IMG/VR virus record: IMGVR_UViG_3300027687_000007
Reading direction: 5' to 3' (one strand)
DNA length: 64,000 bases
Source of the DNA: an uncultured virus (IMG/VR IMGVR_UViG_3300027687_000007)
Taxonomy: Duplodnaviria > Heunggongvirae > Uroviricota > Caudoviricetes > Crassvirales
Shown: in pieces, positions 30,217 to 41,008 of the stretch
How the letters are laid out: every line of letters starts with the position of its first letter
Numbering within the stretch: position 1 is the stretch's first letter
The notes under the pieces: generated by a model
Told to the model about the DNA's origin: nothing
Databases searched by the model: none
The model's input: only the letters and a program-made list of their open reading frames with translations
Made by a program: the position numbers and the translations under genes

Positions 30217-31701
30217 TTAGATTCCTCTGAATATAACAAAGTTATTAGCAGCTTGAGTTACTAAACATCTTTCAGATAGGAAGTTTACTTCCATAGCATC
30301 AAGAGTTGAAGTAAATGCTCCACCTGCAGAACCAGTTAACCAAGACTTCATACGTCTGTCATCAGCTTGTGAAGCTCTATAACGTACGTGTAAGAAAGGT
30401 CTACGGATATTAGTTCCTAAGATTTGATCATAAACTGTAGAAGTTCCAGCTGGAATTAATACACCTTCAACTGAGTTAATACCATTGATTCCTCCACGAG
30501 TAGAAGCGTCATTTAAGTATTTCCAATCAGTTTTATAGAAGTCATAAGAACCTCTTCTAAATCCTGAAAATCCAAGATTTAAAGCCATTTCTTCTGAGTT
30601 TTCAAATAAACCAAAAGCAGTACCACCAGCAAATCCGCCAGAGATAGAAGCTAACATATCGTCAAAATCAAGAGATGTTTGTCTCTGTAAGAATAGCATG
30701 TTTTCTTCAATTGCTCCTTGTGTATCTAAATTCTTAAGGATAGCATCAAATTCATCAAGACCTGCAGCAGCAGTAAATCCTGTTTGTACATTACCTCTAG
30801 ACTGGATAGCAGCGAATAAACCTTCTGATCCTGGACTAGCAGCAATACCTGCAGCAACCTGATTAAACTCAGCTTCAATCATACTCATTTCTAAGTAATC
30901 TTCGAAACGTAATCTAGTTTCAGATTCAGCTTTCAAGTACCATAAGTACCCAGAAGTTCCATCTTCAGTTGCAACTTCAACCCAACCGATTTGTGCCATA
31001 TCAGAACCATTAACTACGTATTGAGTTCTTAATATGATTGGTGAGTTAGAGTATTGAGTTAATACTGGATCAACAGATAGTCTTGGTGCATTTTGAGCAG
31101 GTGCAACACCTCCTACAAACGCTCCAGCCATATCTTGTCCTTTTTGATAATCAGAGCCGTATACAAATACTTTAACACCTGCGGCAGCAGCTGCTACTGG
31201 GAAAGCTACGTTATCAAAAGCAGTGAATACAACATCACCTGGATTTAATCCAGATCCAGCGTAAGCTCCAGAATCACTAACAATACCTTTTGTTTCTGCG
31301 CCTGTAACAGGGTTTAAAACAACTATAGTATCATTAATAGATATTAAATTCTGCACTACTGGTGCAACAGCTGAAATATTCTGAATAGTTAAAAGCGTGT
31401 CGTTTCCAGCACCTGGACCAGCAGCTATAACAACTCCAGAATAAGAGATGTGTAATCTATTTTGTTCAGACCAAATTACTTGATCAGACGTCATTGGCAT
31501 TTCAGCGCCAACCATTCTTAAGAATCCAGATAGAGTACGGTTTCCGTATCTTTCTACTTCTTGTTCGTAAATTTCAGGTAAATATTGTTGTGCAAAATCA
31601 TTTACACCTGCACCACCCGTGTTAAATTGTAGGTAGTTACTGTTCAATATCTCCTGAGTTCCTGAAGGGACTAACCCTCCAAACTGTGGATTTAAAGCCA
31701 T
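30217..31701 (-). CDS. major capsid protein
   Basis: QYLPEIYE.EVERYGNR, WSEQNRLH, LRFEDYLEM, LNLGFSGF, FLSERCL; portal-scaffold-capsid order. Confidence 0.85.
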   Translation of the reverse strand: MALNPQFGGLVPSGTQEILNSNYLQFNTGGAGVNDFAQQYLPEIYEQEVERYGNRTLSGFLRMVGAEMPMTSDQVIWSEQNRLHISYSGVVIAAGPGAGNDTLLTIQNISAVAPVVQNLISINDTIVVLNPVTGAETKGIVSDSGAYAGSGLNPGDVVFTAFDNVAFPVAAAAAGVKVFVYGSDYQKGQDMAGAFVGGVAPAQNAPRLSVDPVLTQYSNSPIILRTQYVVNGSDMAQIGWVEVATEDGTSGYLWYLKAESETRLRFEDYLEMSMIEAEFNQVAAGIAASPGSEGLFAAIQSRGNVQTGFTAAAGLDEFDAILKNLDTQGAIEENMLFLQRQTSLDFDDMLASISGGFAGGTAFGLFENSEEMALNLGFSGFRRGSYDFYKTDWKYLNDASTRGGINGINSVEGVLIPAGTSTVYDQILGTNIRRPFLHVRYRASQADDRRMKSWLTGSAGGAFTSTLDAMEVNFLSERCLVTQAANNFVIFRGI

Positions 31702-31715
31702 TTTGTTTTGTTTTT

Positions 31716-32912
31716 TTAGTTAAACTTTTTTGTTTTAATTCTTAATTTTGTAGAATCGGTGCCACTAATTGCTTTCACTTTAAAACCATTAACAAAAACA
31801 TCACCTTGAGATTTTCTAGCTAGAGAATCACTTGGGTTTTTTGATTTGTTAACAACGTCTTTAATAGCGTCAGCTTTACCTTGTTCATAGAAATGAGAGG
31901 CAATCCTATCTACATTGTCAGCAGCGTACATAGCTTTGTGATAACCTTTCGAGTCACTAACATTACCATCTGCGTCTAGGAACTTCCCGACAAGGTTGTT
32001 AATACTTGATTGGCTTTCTGCAACTTTTTCACGGTTTTGAATATTGTACTTATAATTTTTTTCACCAACTTTAATATCGAAACCTTCGAAACTGTCATTG
32101 AAAAGTTCTTTAGTACTTTCTTTAAACTGTGCGTGTTGTTGCTCTGCTCTTTCTTGCTGCTTATTGTATCGATTGAAAAAATCTGTAGCTTTTTTTTGGT
32201 CCTGTGTTACGCCGGGTCTCAACTTGATTTCGTCGTAATATTTCTTTTTCGTTTCCTCTAAAAAGCCTTTAGCTTTTGCAATCTCTTCTTTTTTAGCGAG
32301 TTTCTTTTTACGGACTTCTCGTTCTTCGTCTAAGTCTACATCAAATGAAAAATTATCTTCCATGATAAAACTTATTTCTTCCTCATCTAAATGAGGTTTA
32401 GCTTTTTTATAATATTCTTTTAATAACGTATTTTCATCTACTGATGAATAATCCGCGTTTAATCTTGTGTAGTCTTCAATAGTTCCTCCAGTGTCTTCCA
32501 TGAAAGAAACTAGTTTCTCTATATTTTCAGGTAAAGCTTTACCAAGAATTTTTTCATCTTGAATTGCTTTTACAACCTCATCTTCTACTTTTTTAACTTC
32601 AGATTCTGTTACTTCTTTGATTGGATAAAACCCTTCAACATCCTTGTTGGACTCTTGTAAAGGTTCTCCCATCGCTGGGCTATCTCCGGTTTGTTCGCCC
32701 ACAACCACTTCTTTTGTTTCTCCGATTTGAATGGCATCTTCTTTAGGTATTGACACTTTAGTAACTTCTGGTGGTAGTTCAATCAAAGGTTCTTTAATAT
32801 TCACCTTGGTTGGTTCGTTACTTTGTGGGGTTAATAATTTTTTAGGAGTTTTCTTTTTAAGTTTAAACTCACCTTCCTGTTTAACAGGTTCATTTGTTTT
32901 TTGTTCTGACAT
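31716..32912 (-). CDS. capsid scaffolding protein
   Basis: acidic/coiled, TGGTIEDY..LN.DY, HFYEQGKADA; between portal and capsid. Confidence 0.7.
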   Translation of the reverse strand: MSEQKTNEPVKQEGEFKLKKKTPKKLLTPQSNEPTKVNIKEPLIELPPEVTKVSIPKEDAIQIGETKEVVVGEQTGDSPAMGEPLQESNKDVEGFYPIKEVTESEVKKVEDEVVKAIQDEKILGKALPENIEKLVSFMEDTGGTIEDYTRLNADYSSVDENTLLKEYYKKAKPHLDEEEISFIMEDNFSFDVDLDEEREVRKKKLAKKEEIAKAKGFLEETKKKYYDEIKLRPGVTQDQKKATDFFNRYNKQQERAEQQHAQFKESTKELFNDSFEGFDIKVGEKNYKYNIQNREKVAESQSSINNLVGKFLDADGNVSDSKGYHKAMYAADNVDRIASHFYEQGKADAIKDVVNKSKNPSDSLARKSQGDVFVNGFKVKAISGTDSTKLRIKTKKFN

Positions 32913-32943
32913 AATATAATATAATTAAATAATTAATAAACAG

Positions 32944-35334
32944 TTATAATACTGTTGGAAACTGCTGAGCAGCGTTTTGATTTTCAAAATCTATAGGAGC
33001 TGTTTCGTTTTTCCTTTGACTTATCATTTCACTTTGTTGAGTTGCTTGGATCTTTGTTCTTTGATCTTTGCGGTTTTCAATTTTATCTTCTTTTTGTTGC
33101 ATCTGTTGCACGTCCATCTGCTTGAGTTCCATGTTGTATTGATGCTGTATCTGCATTTCTTGTTGCTTTATTTGAGCAGCTGCTTGCATTCTTTGCATCT
33201 CAAATTGAGACTTGGCTTGTTCGTATTGCACATTAGAACCTGATATAGCTTCTTGCTTTTGAACTTCAGCCATTGCTGTTTTTTCTGCAGTCTCTGCTTG
33301 AGCATCAGCTTGGGCTTTTATATTAGCTTGTTGATTAGCTTGTTCTTGTTTACCTTTTTGCTTACGTTTTATTTTAAGCATTTGATTCGCTAACTTAAGA
33401 TTTTTAATCTGCCTTAAGTCTATAGCATCTTCAAGATCAATACCTCCTTGTTGTAAAGCAACTTGTATGTTTTCTTCTAGTTTAGCTTGCTCTTCTTCGT
33501 CTGGTTCTAGTTCTAAGAATATACCAAAGTCGTGAAGATTTAAATCAGCAATTCCTTCTAATGTTTTTACGCTATATGTAGATATAGAGTTTTGCAAAGC
33601 GTTTTTAGTTAACGGAAACTCTAATGCGTCCGCTAGTTTTAACGCTATGTTTTCAGCTATTCTAAGGGTTAAATACAAACTTGATTGCTTTATATGTCTA
33701 GTAGCTACGTTAGATGCGTTAGCTGCCATCTTCTGTAGTCCTACTAAAGTACCTTTATCTGGCGTAGTGCCATCTCTAGCTTCGTTAAGTCCTGTTACAT
33801 CACGTATCATTTGTAGATAATATTGATACGTTTGTATAAGAGCTGCGATCTTAGCTTGGCCACTAGAGCTATTAAGTTCTTGTATTGGAACTTTACCTTG
33901 ATTTAGATCACCTTCTTGTGTCAAAGATCTACCAACTATAGAACCTGTTTGGAAATACATGTTTAGTGCTTCTGCTGGGTTATAGTTTGTACCATTGCCT
34001 AAATCAACTTCTGCTAAACCGTCCATGTCTAAATAGACGCCATCTGGAACCATCCTAGAAAGTACTTGTTGTAATTTTAAATGTGTAAGCTGTATCATAT
34101 CAGCAAAACCAATACACTTGCTTACAAGAGATTCTATTCTACCTTTATATATTCTTGGCGCACATAAAGCATAATTCATTTCCACCTTAGTAGTGTCAGC
34201 ATAAGGTCTTGTCATGTTTTCTGCTAACCTCCAGTCGAGCATTGTATCAGTTCCTAAAACCTTAGCTCCTGTATATAAAACCTCTATAGATCTTGATACT
34301 CTTTCAAAGTTATCACTTTCTGGTGGATTAAATGTATCAGGTTTCTCTAAAGCTTTCATTAAACCTTGATCTGTTTGTTTTATTTTAAAAACTTGATTGT
34401 GATATGTTTTGTATTCAAAATACAACACTTGAACAGTGTTTTCGTCATAATCACCCCAACCAGTTACATATGATCTATTACCTGGCATTTTTTGAATTCT
34501 ATCTAATTCTTCTTTTGAAATATTAGGAAACTCTTTTTTAAGCTCGGGTATTGTTATAGATTTTAATTCACCTACGTAATATATATCTTCAAAATTAGGA
34601 TCTTCAGTATACGAATAAACCATATAAGCAGGATCTACATAATCAACTGTAACTCCTTCGGCTAGATTAAAATTTGTTTTAGTTGCTCCAATACCTATTG
34701 TAGTCAAGTCCATGTTTATCCTACGTCTTATTAAGTCGTATTTATTCTGGGCCAACACAGTTGATATAGCTTCTTCTTCTGCTATTTCTATGGATTGCTT
34801 ATAACTAAGTTGCATGTGCAATTCTAGTTCCTCTGGACTTTCAGGTATTGTTTCTGGATTTGGACTTTGATATAGATTTATACCTAAAGTAGATTTTAAT
34901 GATTCTAAATACTCTTTAGCAACCATGTCCTCTTGTAGTTTAGAGGCATATTCTGTTCTTTTCTTTACAGAAGAAGGATCTTGAGCATAAGCTTTTATGT
35001 CGTAACTTTTACTAGATATACCATTAACAACTATATCTACAAACTTAGATAATATTGGTACTGGTTTCCAGTCTAAATTAAGATAAGACAAATCGCCATT
35101 AATAGACAATTCATCTTTGTATTTTTGTATGCTTTGTTCTCCACGAGCGTATAGTCGTAAGTCGTGAAAATTATTCCAATTAGTTAAGTATCTATTACCA
35201 GCAGTTCTTCCTGAACGAAACCATTCGTATTCAATAGCCATTGCTACTTGACTACCGTATTCAATACTTGCTTTTTCTGCATCACTCACTACTTGACTAG
35301 GGAAAGCGCTATTGGTGTTAGTATATATATTCAT
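32944..35334 (-). CDS. portal protein
   Basis: LRLYARGEQ, PILSKFVDIVVNG, RDVTGLNEARDG, Gln-rich crown; follows terminase. Confidence 0.9.
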   Translation of the reverse strand: MNIYTNTNSAFPSQVVSDAEKASIEYGSQVAMAIEYEWFRSGRTAGNRYLTNWNNFHDLRLYARGEQSIQKYKDELSINGDLSYLNLDWKPVPILSKFVDIVVNGISSKSYDIKAYAQDPSSVKKRTEYASKLQEDMVAKEYLESLKSTLGINLYQSPNPETIPESPEELELHMQLSYKQSIEIAEEEAISTVLAQNKYDLIRRRINMDLTTIGIGATKTNFNLAEGVTVDYVDPAYMVYSYTEDPNFEDIYYVGELKSITIPELKKEFPNISKEELDRIQKMPGNRSYVTGWGDYDENTVQVLYFEYKTYHNQVFKIKQTDQGLMKALEKPDTFNPPESDNFERVSRSIEVLYTGAKVLGTDTMLDWRLAENMTRPYADTTKVEMNYALCAPRIYKGRIESLVSKCIGFADMIQLTHLKLQQVLSRMVPDGVYLDMDGLAEVDLGNGTNYNPAEALNMYFQTGSIVGRSLTQEGDLNQGKVPIQELNSSSGQAKIAALIQTYQYYLQMIRDVTGLNEARDGTTPDKGTLVGLQKMAANASNVATRHIKQSSLYLTLRIAENIALKLADALEFPLTKNALQNSISTYSVKTLEGIADLNLHDFGIFLELEPDEEEQAKLEENIQVALQQGGIDLEDAIDLRQIKNLKLANQMLKIKRKQKGKQEQANQQANIKAQADAQAETAEKTAMAEVQKQEAISGSNVQYEQAKSQFEMQRMQAAAQIKQQEMQIQHQYNMELKQMDVQQMQQKEDKIENRKDQRTKIQATQQSEMISQRKNETAPIDFENQNAAQQFPTVL

Positions 35335-37565
35335 TAACTTATAATTTTTGATGTAGTTCCTTTGTTATCATATTTCTTTATACCAAGATCAATCGCCGGT
35401 AATTCTATCTTATTTACTGGAGAGTATATGTGTTTGTTACAAGCCATTAAAGCTAGACCTGAACTAATAGAAGCATCATGCGTTGTTCTATTATTTATAT
35501 TAAAATGTGCCCAGTCTTCTAACGTTCTTTGAAAGTAAACATCTCCATAACCATTTTCTTTTAATCCAACAAAGTGTTCTATATATGTTTCTATAGCAGA
35601 AGCGTGTGATTGTTTTATATCTTCACTAGAGTTAGGTATTCCACCTATTTCTCTTTCTGTAATTGATAATTTATTTCTTTTTTTATCTGGTCTGTTCATT
35701 GCAAACCCTCTATAACCTCTACGTTTAAAATGATACAAGAGTCTAGGTTTATTATTTTCTGCTAATATTGGCATGCCGTAAAATACACAGGCCATTAATA
35801 CATCTTCAAAAAAGATCTCAGCAGTTTGAGGTCTAGCTATGTATTCTAAAAAGAAATGATTAGGTGGAACTTCTTCCATACTAAACTTAGTTAAACCATG
35901 TAAAGATCCATTAGAACCTTTACCATCTACTGTTCCTGATATATCATATGGATCACAACCAAAAGCACCGCAATGCTCATTGCCTGGATAGTTAACACCA
36001 TTTTTTATAAACCTTTTGTTTTGTAAATTAAAAGGCGGTACCCAAGTTACTAAAAATCTACCATTTTTATTTGGCATAAATATAACTTTAGAATCTTTTT
36101 TATTGTTCTCCCATTGAAAACTTCCTTTAGTTACATTTAAGCTGTTTCTTTCATCTTCGTTATAATCTATTTGTTGGTATATTTTAGTAAGATTAAATAA
36201 AGACATTTTAGACTCGTCTCTAAATGCGTGTTTTGTAGTACGCGGAAACTGTCTGTAAAATTCATTTAAACCATCTTGATCATCTTTAAGGCCATCTACT
36301 TCATTATTCCAATATTCAATAACACCTATGCCTATGCGTAAGCCATCGGGTCCTACTGTTTCTTTAGATGGTTTTTCGAATACAGGAAAGCCATAAGAAT
36401 CAATGTATCCTTCGTAGTTCCATTCCATAGGTATGAACAGAGAATATAATCCTGAGCGAGTCTGTCCATTGGCGTTTCTTTTTGTAACGTCTGAATCATC
36501 GTATAGTTTCTTAAAATTTCTACCTCCTTTATCTAAAGCATTTGAGGTACTACCCATCATACACTTTCCAATAACTCTACTACCTAATCTAAGGGTTGTT
36601 TTTGTAACACGCCAGTTGTTAAGAATGTTATTTGGCCTTTCCCATTTACCTGATTCATCATGAACAAGGAGCCTAAGCTTTTCTCCATCGTAAGCATTAT
36701 CACCGGTGTTTTTCCAGTCAATAGTGGTGTCCAAACCGGTAATCTCTTTGATGGCTTGATTTGCATCAAGTTTTCTACGGGTAAATTTAGAGGCAGGTAC
36801 TCTATAAGCAAGTTCGGTTTTTGGTCTGTCCATACCGTCTTGAATCGGTTTGAAAAAGAAGGGATAATTAACGGATATTGGTACGACTTTATCGGTGAAC
36901 ATCTTCTTAGCATCGGCACCAGATTTAGACAATATTCCGTATCGTGAATCTGTTGATATTGTGGCAAGATTAACTGATTCAGCTGAGGACATAAATGAGA
37001 AACCTGACCTACGGTTTTTAAGATAACACATCCCGTAAGACCTGATATCGGCTTTGCTAGCTTCCCAGAAAATGTAGAATAATCTATTTGATTCCCTAAA
37101 GTCTGGTTGCCCAACATCAATCTTGGACCACTGCAAGTACATGTAATTAGTACCAGTAATATAAGTAGGAATACCTTTGTTAATGAACCAAAAACCTTCT
37201 TCACGTCTTGTAAATTCTTTATCAATATAGTCATACCATTTTTCTTTAAATTCTGATGGGTATTCTTCCCAGTCAAAAACAGATTTAATTCTACTTAATT
37301 GCTTTGGGTATTGTGTATAAGTCCATTTGTCTTCTTCAAACTCAACAACATCTTTTGGTTTAGGTAAAGCAATTTTAAGGTTTTGTATTTCATAAACCTC
37401 ACCTATTTCACCTGTTTTACTTATAACTATTAAATCATGTTCTTTGTTATAACCATAATCCCATTTTTTATACCTATTCATTCTACTAAGAACTTTAGGT
37501 TTTACGTAGTCTTTTAAGACTTTATATAAAGTTTGCTTATACATTTTTAGATCTTCCTTCAGCAA
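35334..37565 (-). CDS. terminase large subunit
   Basis: LKNRRSGFS Walker A-like, LLVHDESGK Walker B, GST, GCDPYD nuclease motif; true start probably MYKQ at 37544. Confidence 0.92.
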   Translation of the reverse strand: MLKEDLKMYKQTLYKVLKDYVKPKVLSRMNRYKKWDYGYNKEHDLIVISKTGEIGEVYEIQNLKIALPKPKDVVEFEEDKWTYTQYPKQLSRIKSVFDWEEYPSEFKEKWYDYIDKEFTRREEGFWFINKGIPTYITGTNYMYLQWSKIDVGQPDFRESNRLFYIFWEASKADIRSYGMCYLKNRRSGFSFMSSAESVNLATISTDSRYGILSKSGADAKKMFTDKVVPISVNYPFFFKPIQDGMDRPKTELAYRVPASKFTRRKLDANQAIKEITGLDTTIDWKNTGDNAYDGEKLRLLVHDESGKWERPNNILNNWRVTKTTLRLGSRVIGKCMMGSTSNALDKGGRNFKKLYDDSDVTKRNANGQTRSGLYSLFIPMEWNYEGYIDSYGFPVFEKPSKETVGPDGLRIGIGVIEYWNNEVDGLKDDQDGLNEFYRQFPRTTKHAFRDESKMSLFNLTKIYQQIDYNEDERNSLNVTKGSFQWENNKKDSKVIFMPNKNGRFLVTWVPPFNLQNKRFIKNGVNYPGNEHCGAFGCDPYDISGTVDGKGSNGSLHGLTKFSMEEVPPNHFFLEYIARPQTAEIFFEDVLMACVFYGMPILAENNKPRLLYHFKRRGYRGFAMNRPDKKRNKLSITEREIGGIPNSSEDIKQSHASAIETYIEHFVGLKENGYGDVYFQRTLEDWAHFNINNRTTHDASISSGLALMACNKHIYSPVNKIELPAIDLGIKKYDNKGTTSKIIS

Positions 37566-37818
37566 AACCTTTAAAAGATTTTTCTTCTTTAACTTCCTTA
37601 GGTTTATCCTCTAACATATCTTCTTCTTCTTTAATTCTATTCAGAATTTCAAAAGCATCGAATATAGCAAGTTTTTTTGTAGCAGCGGCATTTTTTAATC
37701 TATCAGCTGATATGTCATCTTTTGAATCTATAATAGCCTCTTTAGCAACTTTAATTAACTCTTCAACCGCTATGTGCCCAGCTAGGATTATACTCTTCTT
37801 CGTCTCCTTTATATTCAT
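37537..37818 (-). CDS. putative terminase small subunit
   Basis: small helical ORF directly upstream of the large terminase. Confidence 0.5.
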   Translation of the reverse strand: MNIKETKKSIILAGHIAVEELIKVAKEAIIDSKDDISADRLKNAAATKKLAIFDAFEILNRIKEEEDMLEDKPKEVKEEKSFKGFAEGRSKNV

Positions 37819-38368
37819 ACTTAATTACAATATCATTAGATTTCATACAATAAAGTCTTTCTTTTTCAATTAAAAATTCCCATTCACCGTTAGGTGTATA
37901 ACCTACTAAGTCACCTGGGTTGATTTCTAAATCATTTAAAGAGCTATTGCCATACTTAAGTATACCAATAAGACTGCGTTCTTTATCAACCGTTAGAGAT
38001 TGATTACTTTTTATAGGTTTTATAAAACACCTGTCACCTACGGTATTCCAACCTTCACTATTTCTATATAAATATATTTGATCTATAGAACAAAAATGTA
38101 AATCATCTATAAAAAAAGATCTACTTTTTCTTTTCTTTCCTTTCATATCATAGAAAACTCTAAACACGTTTTGGTGAACTACTACTATGTCCCCAATTTT
38201 AATATCTAAATTAAAAGCTAAAGGTGTTTTTATAACTTTAGCTAATCTATTTACAAATTTAAAATCTTCTATTTTGGTATTGACTACTAATTCTTTGCCA
38301 TCCACCATAATTGTATTGCTGTATTTATCACCTAAAGGTTCAACAATAAAATCATATAAACTATTCAT
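37763..38368 (-). CDS. tandem GroES-like fold protein
   Basis: FIVEP...IKIGDIVV and GDRCFIKP...PGDLVGY...YCMKSNDIV repeat the GroES pattern. Confidence 0.6.
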   Translation of the reverse strand: MNSLYDFIVEPLGDKYSNTIMVDGKELVVNTKIEDFKFVNRLAKVIKTPLAFNLDIKIGDIVVVHQNVFRVFYDMKGKKRKSRSFFIDDLHFCSIDQIYLYRNSEGWNTVGDRCFIKPIKSNQSLTVDKERSLIGILKYGNSSLNDLEINPGDLVGYTPNGEWEFLIEKERLYCMKSNDIVIKYEYKGDEEEYNPSWAHSG

Positions 38369-38607
38369 TAATATTCTAAATCATATTCAACGGATATAGC
38401 CATGTTAGAATTAAATTTCTTCCATGGCAATACCTCATTGTTTTTTTTAATATGTATATTATAGGATTTGTCTGAGTCTTCAAATATTATATGTGATATT
38501 TCGTGACCACCATAAACTTGCTGTCCTACAGAATAATGCATAGCATCGTTTTTGTAGTCAGACCCAATACTTATCTTTCTAATATTATTTATCATCTTCT
38601 TTTTCAA
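38368..38607 (-). CDS. hypothetical protein
   Basis: IRKISIGSDYKNDAMHYSVGQ; coupled to neighbours. Confidence 0.65.
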   Translation of the reverse strand: MKKKMINNIRKISIGSDYKNDAMHYSVGQQVYGGHEISHIIFEDSDKSYNIHIKKNNEVLPWKKFNSNMAISVEYDLEY

Positions 38608-38848
38608 TCTCCGCGTAAGATCCGTCTGTTAAGTCTATATTTACTTGACCATATTCATCTTCTAATTCTTTTTTAGTTGCTTCAATTTCTTTAGAAATTT
38701 CCTTAACTTTGTCATGAACATTCATTTTTTGAACATCTAAAACACCTAAAGTTCTTAGTAGTTCGCTTAATTTACTTTGTTGGTCGTTAACAGTTTTTAA
38801 CTGTTCTTTGGTAATCATTGGTTTTTCCATTTTTTTTACTTTACTCAT
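38585..38848 (-). CDS. hypothetical coiled-coil protein
   Basis: 87 aa, LEDEYGQVNIDLTDG. Confidence 0.65.
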   Translation of the reverse strand: MSKVKKMEKPMITKEQLKTVNDQQSKLSELLRTLGVLDVQKMNVHDKVKEISKEIEATKKELEDEYGQVNIDLTDGSYAEIEKEDDK

Positions 38849-38886
38849 AATTTGATTTTATTTAATTGTTAATATTTACTTATTTA

Positions 38887-38903
38887 TATAGTTACTTGTT
38901 TTT
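38887..38903 (-). promoter_or_regulatory. putative late promoter motif
   Basis: AAAAACAAGTAACTATA. Confidence 0.5.
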
Positions 38904-38906
38904 ACA

Positions 38907-39827
38907 CTATTTACCTGCAATACACACAAGGTTAGCTGTTGAGCCAGTTGCCATAAGGTAATCTACAGATACTGGTAGTATAGTTCCCATTGGCACGTTT
39001 TTAAATATCACAGCGTCACCTATTGTTGGAGCTGAGTCAACGACTCTTAGTATAGCTCTTGTACCTCCGCTAGCTCCAGCCTGTGTTACTGTTATAATAT
39101 CTCCTGGAGAATAATTTGATCCAGCAGCATTTACAGCTATAGTTGTTATTGCTCCGTTAAGCGCGCCTGTTATAGTAAACTCAGCTGCATTATTACTACC
39201 AGCAGAAGTAATTGTAATTACATCACCTGTAGAATAACCTGAGCCACTTCTCGTTATAATAAGAGTTGCAGCAGGACCTGTTCCAAGTCCTCCGCTAATT
39301 GTATCAATTGTACCTTCTAAACCTGTTCCTCCAACTGGAGCAGCAGTGCTTGTAAAAGTATTACCTACAGTATAATCAGTTCCACCTTGGCCAACTACAA
39401 GAGCAGACGTTGGTACAGCTACTGTTATATCTACAGTCAAACCACTTGGTTGTTTAGCTGGTGATTTAGGTACTGAACTAGTTACTGATGTTAATAATCC
39501 GGTAGCTGTAAAATAACCAGCACCATTTGAAAAAGCATTATAACTAGGGCTTGATGTGTAAGGATCAAAAGATTTAAATCCTCCTGCAGCTACAGCTCCT
39601 ATAACACCTTGAACTCCAGAGAGTATAACGGCAATATCAGCCTTTGTAGCGGCTGGCGTGCCAGTTATTTCACTAACATAAAGCACAGAGCTATTTAAAT
39701 TTGTACCTAATGTTCCAGATTGGTTTTCAAATAACCAAGCTGATCTAGGATCTATCGCGGTATCTAGGATAGGCAATACTTGTAACGCTTTACCTATAAT
39801 ACTGTCACTTGTTGGAAATTGTCCCAT
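38907..39827 (-). CDS. Gly/Thr-rich structural (decoration) protein
   Basis: repeated GxxYxxGDxITI beta modules; GTILPVSVD C-terminus. Confidence 0.6.
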   Translation of the reverse strand: MGQFPTSDSIIGKALQVLPILDTAIDPRSAWLFENQSGTLGTNLNSSVLYVSEITGTPAATKADIAVILSGVQGVIGAVAAGGFKSFDPYTSSPSYNAFSNGAGYFTATGLLTSVTSSVPKSPAKQPSGLTVDITVAVPTSALVVGQGGTDYTVGNTFTSTAAPVGGTGLEGTIDTISGGLGTGPAATLIITRSGSGYSTGDVITITSAGSNNAAEFTITGALNGAITTIAVNAAGSNYSPGDIITVTQAGASGGTRAILRVVDSAPTIGDAVIFKNVPMGTILPVSVDYLMATGSTANLVCIAGK

Positions 39828-39838
39828 TTTTTATTTTT

Positions 39839-40237
39839 TTATTTATTACTTATTGATTTATATTTTTCTACTCCACGTGAACCAAAATAAGCTATGTACA
39901 CAGTTGTTAATAACTGTTTTAATAATCCTATCCACTCTTGCTCTACAGTGAAAGATATCTCATGATGACTATCAACCCATATGAAAGCTATAGCCATAAA
40001 CGATAAGAATATAAGAGCCATAGGGCGCGTGTTTTTACTAAGCCATGAGTCAGAAGTCATATCGCTCTCCCAGCGTTTTGTTACCTGGTCTTCTGCGCTA
40101 GCAGCCGCTTCCTGAACTATGACTTGAATCTCCTTTTTTATTTGAAGTTTTTCTTCCTCAGTAGTTGTTAGTTTATCAATAACATCACCAACATCTTTGA
40201 TGACATTACCACTTAACCATTCCCAAATTTTTTTCAA
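39839..40237 (-). CDS. 3TM-type holin-like membrane protein
   Basis: RWESDM.SDSWLSKNTRP, two TM helices, YFGSRGVEK. Confidence 0.8.
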   Translation of the reverse strand: MKKIWEWLSGNVIKDVGDVIDKLTTTEEEKLQIKKEIQVIVQEAAASAEDQVTKRWESDMTSDSWLSKNTRPMALIFLSFMAIAFIWVDSHHEISFTVEQEWIGLLKQLLTTVYIAYFGSRGVEKYKSISNK

Positions 40238-40792
40238 TTACTTTTTAGTTTTAGGATGAGTAAACTTTCTTGAATAAGTTGGTCTTATTGTATCTCTCAA
40301 AGCGTTCTTACCTTGATTGTAGTTTGTAACTATTTGGCTTGGACCAGATTCGCCATCGTATTCATCTTCAGATAAACTAACCACATATTGTCCTTTATCG
40401 TCTTTTTTAACTTTACTAATATTTTCTATGTTATATCCTTTTTTGCTTGCCTGCTCTTCAAAACTCATCTCGTCAAGAAAGTCTCCTACATTAGCATTTG
40501 ACTGTTCTAATGGGGATGGGCTTTCGCGTTTTTCACCTGCATCAGAAGCATCAGTAGTATCAAATCCAACATTGCTTCCTAAGCTATTAGCTTTAGTAAC
40601 TCTATCTTTTAATACCCTTAACTTTCTATCAAAAGCTTCGTCTACGTTTTTAGTGCCAAAAGTTGCTCTTGAAGCATCTACATCAGCTTGGGATTCTTTA
40701 ACTAAAGCGTTAGCTCTTTCTAGTTGTGATTTTTTTTCTCTTTGAAGCAAAGGTGATTTTGCACTGAATTGTCTTTGAAATGGTGAACTCAT
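40238..40792 (-). CDS. SP-motif family protein, paralogue of 6957..7544
   Basis: MSSPFQRQFSAKSPLLQ; SPLEQ; shared C-terminal domain. Confidence 0.7.
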   Translation of the reverse strand: MSSPFQRQFSAKSPLLQREKKSQLERANALVKESQADVDASRATFGTKNVDEAFDRKLRVLKDRVTKANSLGSNVGFDTTDASDAGEKRESPSPLEQSNANVGDFLDEMSFEEQASKKGYNIENISKVKKDDKGQYVVSLSEDEYDGESGPSQIVTNYNQGKNALRDTIRPTYSRKFTHPKTKK

Positions 40793-40801
40793 AATTATTT
40801 T

Positions 40802-41008
40802 TTAAATTTTTGTTTCTATTACGTACTTAGCTCCAGGAAACGTATAATCATAACCTGGATACATTACCTTGGTATAACCTCTATCGTCTGTTCCTAGTAC
40901 TTTAAAATTAACGCCTTTCATCGTTATTTTGTTTCCTTGTATTATATTTTGATGTTCATTTACATCAGGACTATCACTTAGATAACCTTTTTCTGAAAAA
41001 CCTTTCAT
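40802..41008 (-). CDS. hypothetical protein
   Basis: ITMKGV...MYPG.DYTFPG. Confidence 0.65.
   Translation of the reverse strand: MKGFSEKGYLSDSPDVNEHQNIIQGNKITMKGVNFKVLGTDDRGYTKVMYPGYDYTFPGAKYVIETKI

Noticed and set aside
36584..37276. 230-aa alternative-frame ORF inside the terminase
   Set aside because: No motif or start context; terminase frame is intact, so no intron or frameshift is needed
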